Shown: piece by piece, positions 52,669-64,000 of the stretch
Layout of the letters: every line of letters starts with the position of its first letter
Numbering within the stretch: the stretch's first letter is position 1
NCBI RefSeq assembly: GCF_036365525.1
Contig: NC_090387.1
Coordinates: 76,073,300-76,137,299 of the forward strand
Direction: 5' to 3'
Source of the DNA: Heterodontus francisci
Taxonomy: Eukaryota
Length of the DNA stretch: 64,000 nt
Made by a program: the position numbers and the translations under genes
The notes under the pieces: generated by a model
What the model was told of the DNA's origin: nothing
Database searches by the model: none
Seen by the model: the letters and a program-made list of their open reading frames with translations, nothing else

Positions 52669-53289
52669 GCAGTCACCAACAGCAGCGCTCGGGAAACCAA
52701 TCATCCATTCCGGTGATTCCCATCGAAAGCGGAGGATTGGGCGCCCTACCTCATAGTCTAGCCCTGAGTTGTCCAACATACAGTCCGCAGAATGTGGCCC
52801 GTTGAAGCTTTCGATCCAGCCCGCCAGTCCTCTGTGACTGACAACTGATTGGTGACTCGGGAGAAACCGTGCTTGATGCACGGTTCATTGGACTCCCCGC
52901 TATTTGGAAACATCATTTAATTGCCGCTTGTGAAAATGGTGGATTCAGCACCAATGAAAATCACCTGGAAATTCCTTGTGTCCTAAGAGAGCAACTGGGT
53001 AGATGGAGAGGGAGAGAGGGCAACACAAACTGGAAGAAGAGAAAAACAAACCGAAGAGAAGAGAAACACAACGTGGCACTCCTGTACGTCAGGCACAAGG
53101 GTAGGTGGGACCGGCGTCGGAGGGATGGCGGATGCCTGTCTGTGATTGGTCACTGTCTGTGATTGACAGCGGGCTGCCTGGGCGGGGTGAGCACTGATTG
53201 GCGGTTCACAGTGCAGACACACTGGGATCAGGCGCCTTTGCTGTTTTTGTGCAGTTCAGGGAGTGGGCGGGAATGGGAGCAGGGAGCAT

Positions 53290-53850
53290 TGAACCACGAG
53301 TGGCGAACTGTGAGCGGAGAATCATGAGCTGGGAGCAGTGAACCATGAGCGACGCGTGGTGAGTGGCGAGCTGTGAACCATGAGTGGCGAGTGGCAAAAC
53401 ACAAGTGGGGCGAGCGAACCATGAGGGGGAGCGGTGATTTATGAATGGGGAGCGGCAAAAATGAGTGGGGAATGGTGAATCATGAGCGTGAAGTGGGAAG
53501 TGGCGAGCCCTGAGCGGGGAGTGGACAACAGCGAGCCATGACTGTGGAGTGGCAAACAAATAATGGGGAGCAGTAAACCATGAGACAGAAAGAGGGAACA
53601 GGGAGGGAGACAGAGAGGGGGGGGGGGCGGGAGGTGGAGACACAGAGACGGGGAGAGACAGAGGGGGAGAGAGGGAGAGACAGAGAGAGGGGGAGAGACA
53701 CACAGGGAGAGTGCGGGAGGGAGATACAGAGAAAGCGTGGGGAGAGAGACACAAAGAGAGGAAGGGGGAGAGTGACAGACAGAAGGAGAGACGAAGCGAG
53801 GGGGAGAGAAAGAAAGGGAGAGAGATAGACAGAGAAGGGAGAGAGAGGGG
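53290..53850 (+). repeat. Degenerate minisatellite (about 21 bp, GAACCATGAG core) followed by a (GA)-rich polypurine tract
   Basis: Repeated AACCA(T/C)GAG units to about 53583, then about 270 nt of almost pure G/A with GAGACA units. Confidence 0.85.
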
Positions 53851-54289
53851 ACATCGATCTGGAATACTACGCATCGCTACACCAAGTGTGTGTGCAGAGA
53901 TTGACTAGGAATGTAAGCAAAAACAATGGCAGGTATGTCAATAAGTCAGTGTTCAACATAGTGATGAGAAAGTAAGCCAGTAAATGAGTCTTCTTATTTA
54001 AAGCGTTTTCACAAAAATGAACAATAGTTGTTGATTCACTTCATAGTAAAACAAATTTTAATGCCTTTATCTTTCCGAAATTATCTCACCGCCTTCCTAT
54101 ATAGGACAAAAATTGTAATGTGCACCGCCCCCCCCCCCCCCCCCCCCCACCCTCCTCCGCTCCACCACGCGAATAGCTTTGACACTTCTGGTCTAGCCAG
54201 GGCTGGCACTGTGGGGAGTCGAGAACCATTATCGGATTGGCCAAAACAAAGAAGGGAGTCTGGCACAGAGAGAATCAGCCAGATTTTTT

Positions 54290-57200
54290 TTTGTTTTCAC
54301 TGGAGTGCTGACTTGGGTTGCACTAGAGTGTTAAAGTGGAAGTTTGGTGACTGAGGATAAATAAGGGTTAATTTTATCTTAAGTCTAGTCTGTCTTTTAT
54401 TTAGCAGATTAACTTAACAGTTGCTGTTTGGGTTGGAGAAGGTGAGTTTTAGACCAGCTTTAAACAGAGTTCACTCAGGCACTGCTTGCAGCTGCACCTT
54501 GTTAATTAGAGAATTGGCTTAAACCAGTTTTCAGGGGCTAGAGTCAGTCAGTATAAAAATGGGCCATCTTACAGTGCTGACCTTGTTTGTACTGGAGTGC
54601 TGACTTAGGTTGCATTACAGTGTTAAAGTGGAAGTTTGGTGACTGAGGAAGTTCGGTGAGGAGGGAGCGAGGAGCTCCTTTCATTTCCTACCTGTCCCCA
54701 GAGTGACGGGAGCTGAGAGTCTCCAAAGAGCACAGCTGACTGGTGAGTAAGTCCTGGTGGGTATTTTTCAAAGTGGATTGAATTGCAAGTCATTATTTTA
54801 GCAAGACTTAGTTGTTTTTTAAAAATTATAATCTTCTAAAGTTTTAAATTTAAAGGGTTTAGTCATGGCAGGAGAGCTTGCAGCCGTGGTTTGCTCCTCT
54901 TGCTGCATGTGCGAAACCGGGAACATTTCCAGTCCCTGGGACCAGCATGTGTGCAGGAAGTGTGTCCAGCTGCAGCTCCTGGAAGCTCGGGTTTCAGAGC
55001 TGGAATGGTGGCTGGAAACACTGTGGAGCATCCGCGAGTCTGAGAGCATTGTGGATAGCACGTATAGAGAGGTGGTCACACCACAGCTGAAGGGACTTGA
55101 GGAAGGAAGGGAATGGGTGACCACCAGGCAGTCCAAGAGAATCAGGAAGGTAGTTCAGGAGTCCCCTGGAGTCCCACTTGCAAATCAGTATTCTATTTTG
55201 GAGGCTGATGAGGCTGGTTCCTCCAGGGAGAGTGGACAGAGCCAAGCTTCTGGCACCACAAGCAGCCTGTCTGCACAGGAAGGGGGAAAGAGAGGAAGAG
55301 CAATAGTAATAGGGGATTCTATAGTCAGGGGAACAGATAGGTGCTACTGTGGCCGTCAACGTGACTCCAGGATGGAGTGTTGCCTCCCTGGTGCCAGGGT
55401 CAGGGATGTCACTGAACGGCTGCAGGGCATCCTGAAAGGGGAGGGTGACAAGGCAGAGGTCATGGTACATGTTGGTACCAATGACATAGGCAGAAAGAGG
55501 GATGAGGTCTTGCATCAAGAATTCAGGGAGTTAGGCAGTAGACTAAAAAGCAGGACCTCTCGGGTTGTAATCTCTGGATTACTTCCAATGCCACGTGCTA
55601 GCGAGTATAGAAATAGGAGAATAGCACAGATGAACGCGTGGCTTAAGAGTTGGTGCAGGAGGGAGGGTTTTAGATTCCGGGACCACTGGGACCGTTTCTG
55701 GGGAAGGTGGGACCTGTACAAGCAGGACGGTCTACATCTGCACCAGACGGGGACTAACATCCTTGCTGGCGGGTTTGCTAGTGCTGTTCGGAGGAGTTTA
55801 AACAAATTTGGCAGGGGGAGGAGATGCAGACTCCTAGCAGAATAGGAACACAGCTAAACACAGGAAAGCGAACAGGTCAGAGGGAATACAGCGGAAGTAA
55901 GTTTCAAGGGAGTAAAACCAGGATGGAAGGCCTCTGCTTGAATGCCAGGAGTATTGCAGGTAAAACGGATGGGTTAAGGGCAATGATTGACACGTGGAAT
56001 TGTGATATAGTAGCCATCACGGTGACATGGTTGAGGGAGGGGCAGGATTGGCAGTTCAATATCCCGGGATATAGAATCTTCAGGCGAGACAGAGGAGGGG
56101 GTATTGCAATATTAGTTAAGCAGTCAGTTACTGCAGTGAGGAGAGATGATATCTTGGAGGGGGCATCAAATGCAGCTTTATGGGTAGAGTTTGGGAATAA
56201 AAAAGGGGCAGCCACATTGCTAGGTGTTTATTATAGACCCCCAGATAGTCAGCGGGAAATTGAGGAGCAAATATGTGCGCAATTTGCAGAGGTGTGTAAA
56301 AATAATAGGGTAATTATATTAGGTGATTTCAACTTTCCCAACATTAATTGGGATAGTCATCGTGTTAAGGGCTTAGATGGAGTGGAGCTTTTTAAATGCA
56401 TACAGGAGAACTTTTTAGCTCAATATGTAGAGGATCCAACAAGGGAGGGTGCAGTGCTGGACCTAATTCTGGGAAATGAAGCCGGACAGGTGGTTGATGT
56501 GTTGGTGGGGGAGCATTTTGGTGATAGTGACTACAACATGGTACAATTTAAGCTTGTTATGGAGAAAGAAATAGACAAGTTGTAAAAAAAGGTTTTGGAT
56601 TGGGAGACAGTGAATTTTAGTAAAATAAGGCAGGATCTGGCCAAGGTAGACTGGAAAGAGTTATTTGTCGGGAAATCTACAGAAGAGCAGTTGGGGGAGG
56701 GGGGGGGGGGGGGGGTGGGGTGGTGGTGGCGTGGGTGGCATTCAAAAAGGAAATGGGGAGGGTACAGGCCCAACATGTTCCCTCTAGGGTAATAGTTGGA
56801 GCAACAAGCCCAGAGAACCATGGATGACCAGAAACATTCAGGGTACGATGAGAAGGAAAAGAGAGGCTTTTAGCAAATACAAGGAGAGCAAATCAATGGA
56901 AGCATTAGTGGAGTACAGAAAGTGTAGGATGGAGATTAAGAAAGCACTTAGGAGAGCAAAGAGGGAATATGAGAAAACTCTGGCTGGTAAAAGTAGGGAA
57001 AATCCCAAGATATTCTAAAAGTATATCAGTGGGAAGAAGATAACCAGGGAAAGAGTAGGACCCATTAGAGACCAAGGGGGAAATGTGTGGCTGGAGCCAG
57101 AGGACATTGGTAGGGTGTTGAACGAATACTTCACATCTGTCTTCACCCAAGGGAAAGAGGATGTAGATATGGAACTTAGAGAGAGAGACTGTGAGGTTCT

Positions 57201-58866
57201 TGAGCAATTTGTCATAGGATGTGACAAGGTATTGGAGGTTTTGGAAGGCTTAAAAGTAGACAAATTTCCAGGTCCAGACGATTTGTGTCCCAGGATGCTG
57301 TGGGAGGTGAGGGTGGAGATTGCAAGGGCTCTGACCCGAATTTTTAATTCCCCTCTGGCCACGGGGGAGGTGCCAGAGAACTGGAGAACAGCTAATGTGG
57401 TCCCACTATTTAAGAAAGGTTGTAGAGATAAGCCAGGGAACTACAGACCAGTGAGTCTCACGTCACTGGTAGGGAAACTATTAGAGAAAATTATGAAGGA
57501 GAGAATCTATCACCACTTGGAGAGGCAACATTTGATTAGGAATAGTCAGCATGGCTTTGTCAGAGGGAGGTCATGCCTAACAAATTTGATTGAATTTTTT
57601 GAGCATGTGACCAGGTGTGTAGATGAGGGTAGTGCAGTTGATGTAGTTCACATGGATTTCAGCAAAGCCTTTGACAAGGTCCCACATGGGAGACTTATCA
57701 AGAAAACAAATGCACATGGGATACAAGGTAACTTGATAAGGTGGATTCAAAATTGGCTTAGCTGTAGGAGACAGAGAGTGATGACAGATGGCTGTTTTAG
57801 TGACTGGAAGCCAGTGTCCAGTGGCGTACCACAGGGATCTGTGCTGGGTCCCCTATTGTTTGTCATTTATATAAACGACATAGATGACTATCTGGGGGGG
57901 GGGGGGGGGGGGGGTGGGGCAGGATCAGTAAGTTCGCAGATGACACAAAGATTGGCCGAGTGGTTAACAGTGAGGTGTCTTGGGTTACAGGAAGATATAG
58001 ATGGGATGGTCAAATGGGCAGAAAAATGGCAGATGGAAGTTAACGCTGAAAAGTGTGAGGTGATACACTTTGGAAGGAGTAATGTGACATGGAAGTATTC
58101 AATGAATGGCCTGATCCTGGGAAGTTCCGAGGAACAAAGGGACCTTGGTGTGTTTGTCCATAGATCTCTGAAGGCAGAAGGGCAGGTTAATAGGGTGGTG
58201 AAAGAGGCTTATGGGACAATTGCCTTTATCAATCGAGGCATAGATTGCAAAAGCAGGAAGGTCATGTTGGAGTTGTACAGAACTTTGGTAAGGCCACAGC
58301 TGGAGTACTGTGTGCAATTCTGGCCACCACATTATAGGAAGGATGTGATTGCATTGGAGGGGGTGCAGAGGCGATTCACCAGGATGTTGCCTGGGATGGG
58401 ACATTTAAGCTATGAAGAGAGGTTGGAAAGGCTTGGATTGTTTTCACTGGAGCAGAGAAGACTGAGGGGTGACCTGATCGAGGTGTACAAGATTATGAAG
58501 GACATGGACAGGGTGGATAGGGAGAAGCTGTTCCCCTTAGTTAAAGGGTCAGTTATGAGGGGTCACAAGTTTAAGGTGAGGGGTGGGAGGTTTAAGGGGA
58601 ATTTGAGGAAGAACGTTTTTACCCAAAGGGTGGTGACGGTCTGGAATGTCCTGCCTGGGAGGGTGGTAGAGGCAGGTTGCCTCACATACTTTAAAAAGTA
58701 CCTGGATGAGGCACTTGGCACGTCATAACATTCAAGGCTATGGGCCAAGTGTTGGCAAATGGGATTAGGTAGACATGTCAGGTGTTTTAATGCTTCGGTG
58801 CAGACTCGATGGGCCGAAGGGCCTCTTCTGCACTGTATTATTCTGTGATTCTGTGATTTTTCTGTG
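54290..58866 (+). mobile_element. Near full-length CR1 LINE
   Basis: Duplicated 5'UTR segment (54299-54357 and 54591-54649), open ORF1, disrupted ORF2 (55824-58728), (TTCTGTGA)n tail. Confidence 0.96.
54865..55845 (+). CDS. CR1 ORF1p (CxxC-CxxC zinc finger, leucine zipper, SGNH/GDSL esterase)
   Basis: 326-aa open frame: CSSC...CRKC, LQLLEARVSELEWWL, IGDSIVR, HVGTND, DGLH. Confidence 0.85.
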   Translation: MAGELAAVVCSSCCMCETGNISSPWDQHVCRKCVQLQLLEARVSELEWWLETLWSIRESESIVDSTYREVVTPQLKGLEEGREWVTTRQSKRIRKVVQESPGVPLANQYSILEADEAGSSRESGQSQASGTTSSLSAQEGGKRGRAIVIGDSIVRGTDRCYCGRQRDSRMECCLPGARVRDVTERLQGILKGEGDKAEVMVHVGTNDIGRKRDEVLHQEFRELGSRLKSRTSRVVISGLLPMPRASEYRNRRIAQMNAWLKSWCRREGFRFRDHWDRFWGRWDLYKQDGLHLHQTGTNILAGGFASAVRRSLNKFGRGRRCRLLAE

Positions 58867-59504
58867 TGTCAGTTTCACCGAATTAAGCCCACGATATTTT
58901 TTGGAAGGTGAACTAGAAAGGGTGTACGAGGCTGGTGTGAACGTTTTATGCATTCTGTAGGTTGTAGTTTTGCGATTTGGTGCAAGTGGCAATTTGGAGA
59001 AAAGCTATGCTTTGGGGTCAAGGTGCACCTGTAGGACTACAATTAAATCATATAAGGTAGCGTCGCGTGCATATCAGTTAACAATTTTTGTTTTTACACA
59101 ACGGAGTGTGCAATTAGTCTAAACAAAACCTTTCCACATGTAAGCTAATTTTTTCCATATTTCACCATTTTTCCTCATTTGGAGGTTGTAAACATTTCCT
59201 ACAGTGAAAGGGTAATCCTGTTAGAATGATAAGTATTTTAGTTACGGATATTTTACGATGCCGGTAGCTGAAGTGGTGGGAAATATTTAAGCACATGACT
59301 GTGTCAGATGACAGGTTACAGCTCGGTTCCTGACTCGTCGGCATCGCCTGTACAAACTCTGAACGGGGAGCGCAGCAACAACACAGCAGCAGTCTTTGAT
59401 CGCGAATGCATTCATTCAGCTGGGTAAAAGGATGCTGACTATAATAGAGAGAGCTTGCAGCGCAAGCTGCATATGATTTAGATTGAAATAATGATTGCAA
59501 TACA

Positions 59505-59925
59505 GTGGTAACACTCTCTCCTGTGAGTCTCACTCCAGAGACTTCAACACATAATCGAGGCAGACACTTTAATGCCGTACTGAAGTAATGCTGCACACTC
59601 TGTGGTGTCCCATTTCAGATGAATCATTAAAACAAGACTCCTTCGTCCCTCGCAGGTGGATGTAAATGATCCTTCCAGACAATTGGAAGAGGAATAGGGA
59701 GTTCTTAGTTTCCTAGCCATTATTTATTTCTCATCTAAAATCACTAAACAAAAAATGATTATCTGGTAGTTATCACATTACTTTTTATAGGACCCTGCTG
59801 TGCACAAAGTGTTGTTCATTTCCTACAACAGTGACTACACTTCAAAAAGTACTTCATTAGCTGTAAAACGGTTTGGTGGTGGGTGTCCCAAGGTAATGTA
59901 AGGCCCTATAGAAATATTTTTTTTC
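59505..59925 (+). mobile_element. DeuSINE-like SINE
   Basis: CAGGTGGATGTAAATGATCC...GATTATCTGG...CAGTGACTACACTTCAAAAAGTACTTCATT. Confidence 0.75.
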
Positions 59926-60434
59926 TTCAAATGATGCCTTTTCACCTTCCAGATGCGATGAATATTTTTCAATGATGTTGATATGCAACACAAATACCGC
60001 CATCTTAACTATAGCTGCCAATCATGTAAGGTTGGGCAATTTGCTGACTCTGAAGGATTGGATCGAAGCACCACAAATACTGAATTACGGAATTATTTTT
60101 AACTGAGAGAAACTTTGGGACAGACTCAATATTCTCTTCCTTTCCTCGACATTGATATGTTCTAAATCCACCGAAGACTACTGCAGTGAGTTACTCATTT
60201 TAACACAATTTAAAATGAAGAAATACACAATTAACTAACAGGATATGCAAATGGAACACATCAATCATAAGTAAAGAGTGTTGCCTTTAATTTTAATGTA
60301 TCGAATTATTTTGATAGTTTAAGGATGATATTGAAGCAATAAAGCCACTCCTGAGCAGTTTTATTCCAAAATATTGATGAGGGCCTGCATTCCTGGAAGT
60401 GCTTTTTTCTAACCAAGAGATAATAAACAATGGG

Positions 60435-60630
60435 TTTCTCTATCTCTTCAGGTGGACATAAAAGATCTCATGACACATAAAGCTCTCCTGTCGTTCTGAC
60501 CAACATTGTTCCCTCAACCAGCATTACTATCTACAGATTATCTGGTCTTTTATCTCATTGCTATTTGTGTGACCTTTCAGTTTGCTAATTGACAACCTCC
60601 TTTCTCTACATTACAGCAGTGACAACACTT
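60435..60630 (+). mobile_element. DeuSINE-like SINE fragment, interrupted by the HE1-like SINE
   Basis: TCAGGTGGACATAAAAGATC...CAGTGACAACACTT, resuming as TTCAAAAGTA at about 60951. Confidence 0.7.
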
Positions 60631-60948
60631 ATTTTTTATATTTGGAGATACAGCACTGAAATAGGCACTTCGGCCCACCGAGTCTGTGCCGACCAACAAC
60701 CACCCATTTATACTAACCCTACAGTAATCCCATATTCCCTACCACCTACCTACACTAGGGGCAATTTGCAATGGCCAATTTACCTACCATCTGCAAGTCT
60801 TTGATGGTGGGAGGAAACCGGAGCACCCGGCGAAAACCCACGCGGTCACAGGGAGAACTTGCAAACGCCACACAGGCAGTACCCAGAATTGAACCCGGGT
60901 CCCTGGAACTGTGAGGCTGCGGTGCTAACCACTGCGCCACTGTGCCGC
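60630..60948 (-). mobile_element. HE1-like V-SINE
   Basis: Head GCGGCACAGTGGCGCAGTGGTTAGCACC...GGTTCAATTC, V-domain and CR1-type tail. Confidence 0.9.
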
Positions 60949-61674
60949 TTTTCAAAAGTAAAACATTTGGATCATCTTTTTTGAATGGCAGAGCAAGCCC
61001 GAAGGGCCGAATGGCCTACTCCTGCTCCTATTTTCTATGTTTCTATGTTATGTTTTTTTTTATCTCGACGTGAAAAGCGCTGTACATATACTGTTTATCA
61101 GTTTTATACTGTTGTTAGTGTGATCTTGCTGTATGCAAATTTGCTTCTAGTTTTGCCTATTTCAAAAGTAATCAGTATGAGGCGCTTTGGGACATTTCAT
61201 AAGCGAGGTAATGAGATGTTATAAATGAATGTAAGTCATTCTTTCACTCATCATAGTGGCATATCGGATACCCTGCAAACTTGATGGGAATTTGGAATTT
61301 ACCAAGCATTTCTAGAAGTTAGAGAATTAAATATTATACATATTATTAAGATGGATGAGTCACAGGGCCATCGTTAGTGTTACAGGATTAAGCTGCAAAG
61401 TTATTTTCCACGGAAAACTATTTCCACTTCACAATGTAAATCTGGAGCCAGGACCCCACTGGAATCCAGAACAGTTGAAGGGAGTTCCACTTCTGGGTCT
61501 TGAGTTACAGGCGATTTGACATCACTACCCTTTGCACAGCATCTCAAGTACTGTGGCAGCCAGCTATGGTACATGAGGACATTGGTAGTGGCCCGTTGTT
61601 TGCCTTTTTACAGAAAGTAACTGTCTAAGCGACAAGGAGAGATATTAAAGCACGATCCCACATCATATTGATGT

Positions 61675-61890
61675 TGCTCTGGCCAATATTCATCCCTCAA
61701 CCAACTTCACTAAAACAAGTTATTTGGCCATTATAATGTTGCTGTTTGTGGAACGTTGCTGTGCGCAATATGGCTGCCACGTTTCCTGCATGACAACAGT
61801 GACAACACATCAAAAATACTTAATTGGCTGTAAAGCGCTTTGGGACTTCAAAGGGTCGTGAAATGTGGCATATCAATACAAGTTCTTTCG
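61675..61890 (+). mobile_element. DeuSINE-like SINE 3' half
   Basis: CTGGCCAATATTCATCCCTCAACCAAC...TTGGCTGTAAAGCGCTTTGGGAC. Confidence 0.75.
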
Positions 61891-62789
61891 CCAATTTTAC
61901 TAGTGCTATTTTCTCTTATAACAAGGCCATCTATCCATTCAAATATATAATCTAATATACTGGATGAAATTACGTATAATGAGATGTTTCTGAACAATAA
62001 CGTTATTCTCTATTACAGCTGAAAATGAGAGTCAATTTTTTAAAATAGTCGCTCCCTTGATGTAACCTATTTCATGTTGAGAGTGTGGTATACGGAGAGA
62101 GATTTCTCCGGACCTTATCGATTTTATAATGATTAGCGCCAAAATCATAAATGGTTCACTCTACGACGTTCTCACAGAAGGAGCTCCATATCTCTGAAGT
62201 TAATTACGTTTAACATTTAGCTGATATCGTGATAATTGCTTAGCATTTCAATTGTCAGAATCAGCCTGCCGAGGAATCGCTAAACACAGACATTGCAGAA
62301 CAACTGCAGATATGTTTGGTTGCGAGATTTCAAATACATTTCTTAAATTATACTTCTTTTGAACGTCGAACATCGAACGCTAGCACTGTGCAACTTGCAT
62401 GGCCTGAGGCGGGCGCAGCCACTAACCACAAAGTGTTTCCATTATGCCACTAGCAGAATCGCCTTGCAGTTCTATTCTCCCAGTGACTACAATTTCCCAT
62501 TAGCTCAAACTACGAGTGCACTTTGTGGTAAATGATCAGCTAAATGAAGAAATCAGCTTCAAGATGAGATCTATTTTTTTATAGAAAAGTTGCACAAGTT
62601 TACACATGAGCAACTGCAATCGCGTATTAGAAACTGAAATCTAAAATAGATGTCTCTGTGGCGAGAACCCTTCATCAGAATGGAAGATGTTTACAGATAG
62701 GAAGCATTTAAAAAGGGGCAGAACAAATGGAAAGGGGAGGCAAACCCACACATAAAGACACCTACGCCGACACACAAACACTTACCATA

Positions 62790-63150
62790 CAAGTCGCATT
62801 TGTATAGCGCCTTCAAAGTAGTAAATTATCAAAAAGCGCTTCGTACAGAACATTAACAAACACATTTTAACACTGAACAATATAAGGTTCTGGTGACCAA
62901 CAGCTTTTAAAGGAGGAAGGAGCAGCAGAGATATTTCGGGTTGGAATTCCAGAGATTCGGGCCTCGGCAGCTGAAGACACGGCCACCAATGTCGGAGTCA
63001 AGAAAATTGGGGTTGGACAAGAAGCCAGAATGCGAGTAGTATGGAGGGATTTGAAAACAAAGATGAGAATTTTAAACTAAAGGCGTTGCAGGACCCGGAG
63101 GCAGTGTAGGTCAACGAGCATGAGGAACGAATGCGACTTGGCGTGAGTTA
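62790..63150 (-). mobile_element. Old L2-type LINE 3' fragment
   Basis: GCATTTGTATAGCGCCTT tail; homologous to 12848-13270. Confidence 0.65.
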
Positions 63151-63415
63151 TATACACACATATGCATACACACAGACACACACATACACATACAAACTCA
63201 TACATGCACCCATTAAAAAAAAACTTCTATTAACTCTATGACTCATTATAGCACCTTTAATGATTCAGGAAATCCCAAAGCACTTTACAGCCAATTAAAT
63301 GTAATCACTGTTGTAATGCAAGAATACACATACGCACTCGCACACACCCATACACCAAAACACATGCAAATACATATGTACACCATGCACATATATGCAT
63401 ACACACACACACACA
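63150..63415. repeat. Imperfect (CA)/(CATA) microsatellite clusters
   Basis: Directly visible at 63152-63208 and 63325-63415. Confidence 0.8.
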
Positions 63416-63544
63416 GATGGGAGAATGGTGGTATTTAAGTGGAAAACGGGATCATTTTCCTTCCTCGCTCACACAATATGTTTATTTCCATTCACTCTTC
63501 CCTTAGTTTCATTCCCATTTTATCTGCAACTTCCTGTTCGAATT

Positions 63545-64000
63545 GTCCAATCAGATTTCCACCCAAACATAGCTCCGAAATAACCCTAATCAAATTCGCA
63601 AATTGCATTTTGCAATGGCGACCTCATATCCGCTTCATTACAAAGACTGCCTACTACCACCTCTGTAACATTACCTGTCTTCACCCCACCTCAACCCTCT
63701 GCAGCAGAAACATTTATCGATGCCTTGTTGACTCCATTGTTGATCAATGGAAGCTCGTGGAAATAAAAATCCGAAGTAACGTAAAACAGGCTGCTGATCC
63801 ATTTACACCATTGCACATAGTCATGATCTACCCAATTACATAAATGTACTCCTAGCTGATCCCCTAACTCCCACCAACCTCCAATTTGCATAAACTTTAG
63901 CTCATCCAAAACACTGCTATCCATATCCTATCCCATATCAAGTTATGCTCACCCATCATCCCTCACCTGGCTGACCGACATTGGTTTCTCACATACCACC
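63545..64000 (+). mobile_element. Degenerate L2-type RT fragment
   Basis: HSSEITLIK and ITKTAYYHLCNI segments resemble L2 ORF2. Confidence 0.6.

Noticed and set aside
53290-53583. CRISPR-like repeat array
   Set aside because: Vertebrate DNA; units are degenerate tandem repeats without unique spacers or cas genes.
53206-53908. Long ORFs of 222, 124 and 82 aa
   Set aside because: Translations of low-complexity GA/TC repeats.
62484-62505. ZNF143/SBS-like motif GACTACAATTTCCCA
   Set aside because: One base longer than the ACTAYRNNNCCCR consensus, and no linked exon found.

Overview
This is eukaryotic, repeat-rich DNA. HE1-like V-SINEs, DeuSINE-like SINEs, CR1 LINEs and Penelope-type short repeats point to a cartilaginous fish, probably a shark. 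It holds two convergent spliced genes. (1) On + is a complete 7-exon NUDT21/CPSF5 (CFIm25) gene, CDS 59..31810, 226 aa, with all introns GT-AG and in phase. (2) On - is an unnamed non-rearranging immunoglobulin-superfamily receptor, 50741..35660, about 313 aa: leader, germline-joined VJ-type V domain, C1-set domain, uncharged TM, and an ITIM tail resembling SIRP-alpha. An orphan second tyrosine module sits in its last intron. Most of the rest is transposable elements. The most unusual element is a 3.2-kb single-ORF (endonuclease-RT) LINE at 40981..44218. It starts with a tRNA-Thr(AGT)-like Pol III promoter and, by my manual scan, has no TTTT run on its sense strand. A short SINE at 15281..16025 consists of only this LINE's head and tail. 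Together they suggest a Pol III-transcribed protein-coding retrotransposon and its non-autonomous partner. Minimal hammerhead-ribozyme motifs occur in the Penelope-type repeats. Exon coordinates were counted by hand; repeat boundaries are approximate.
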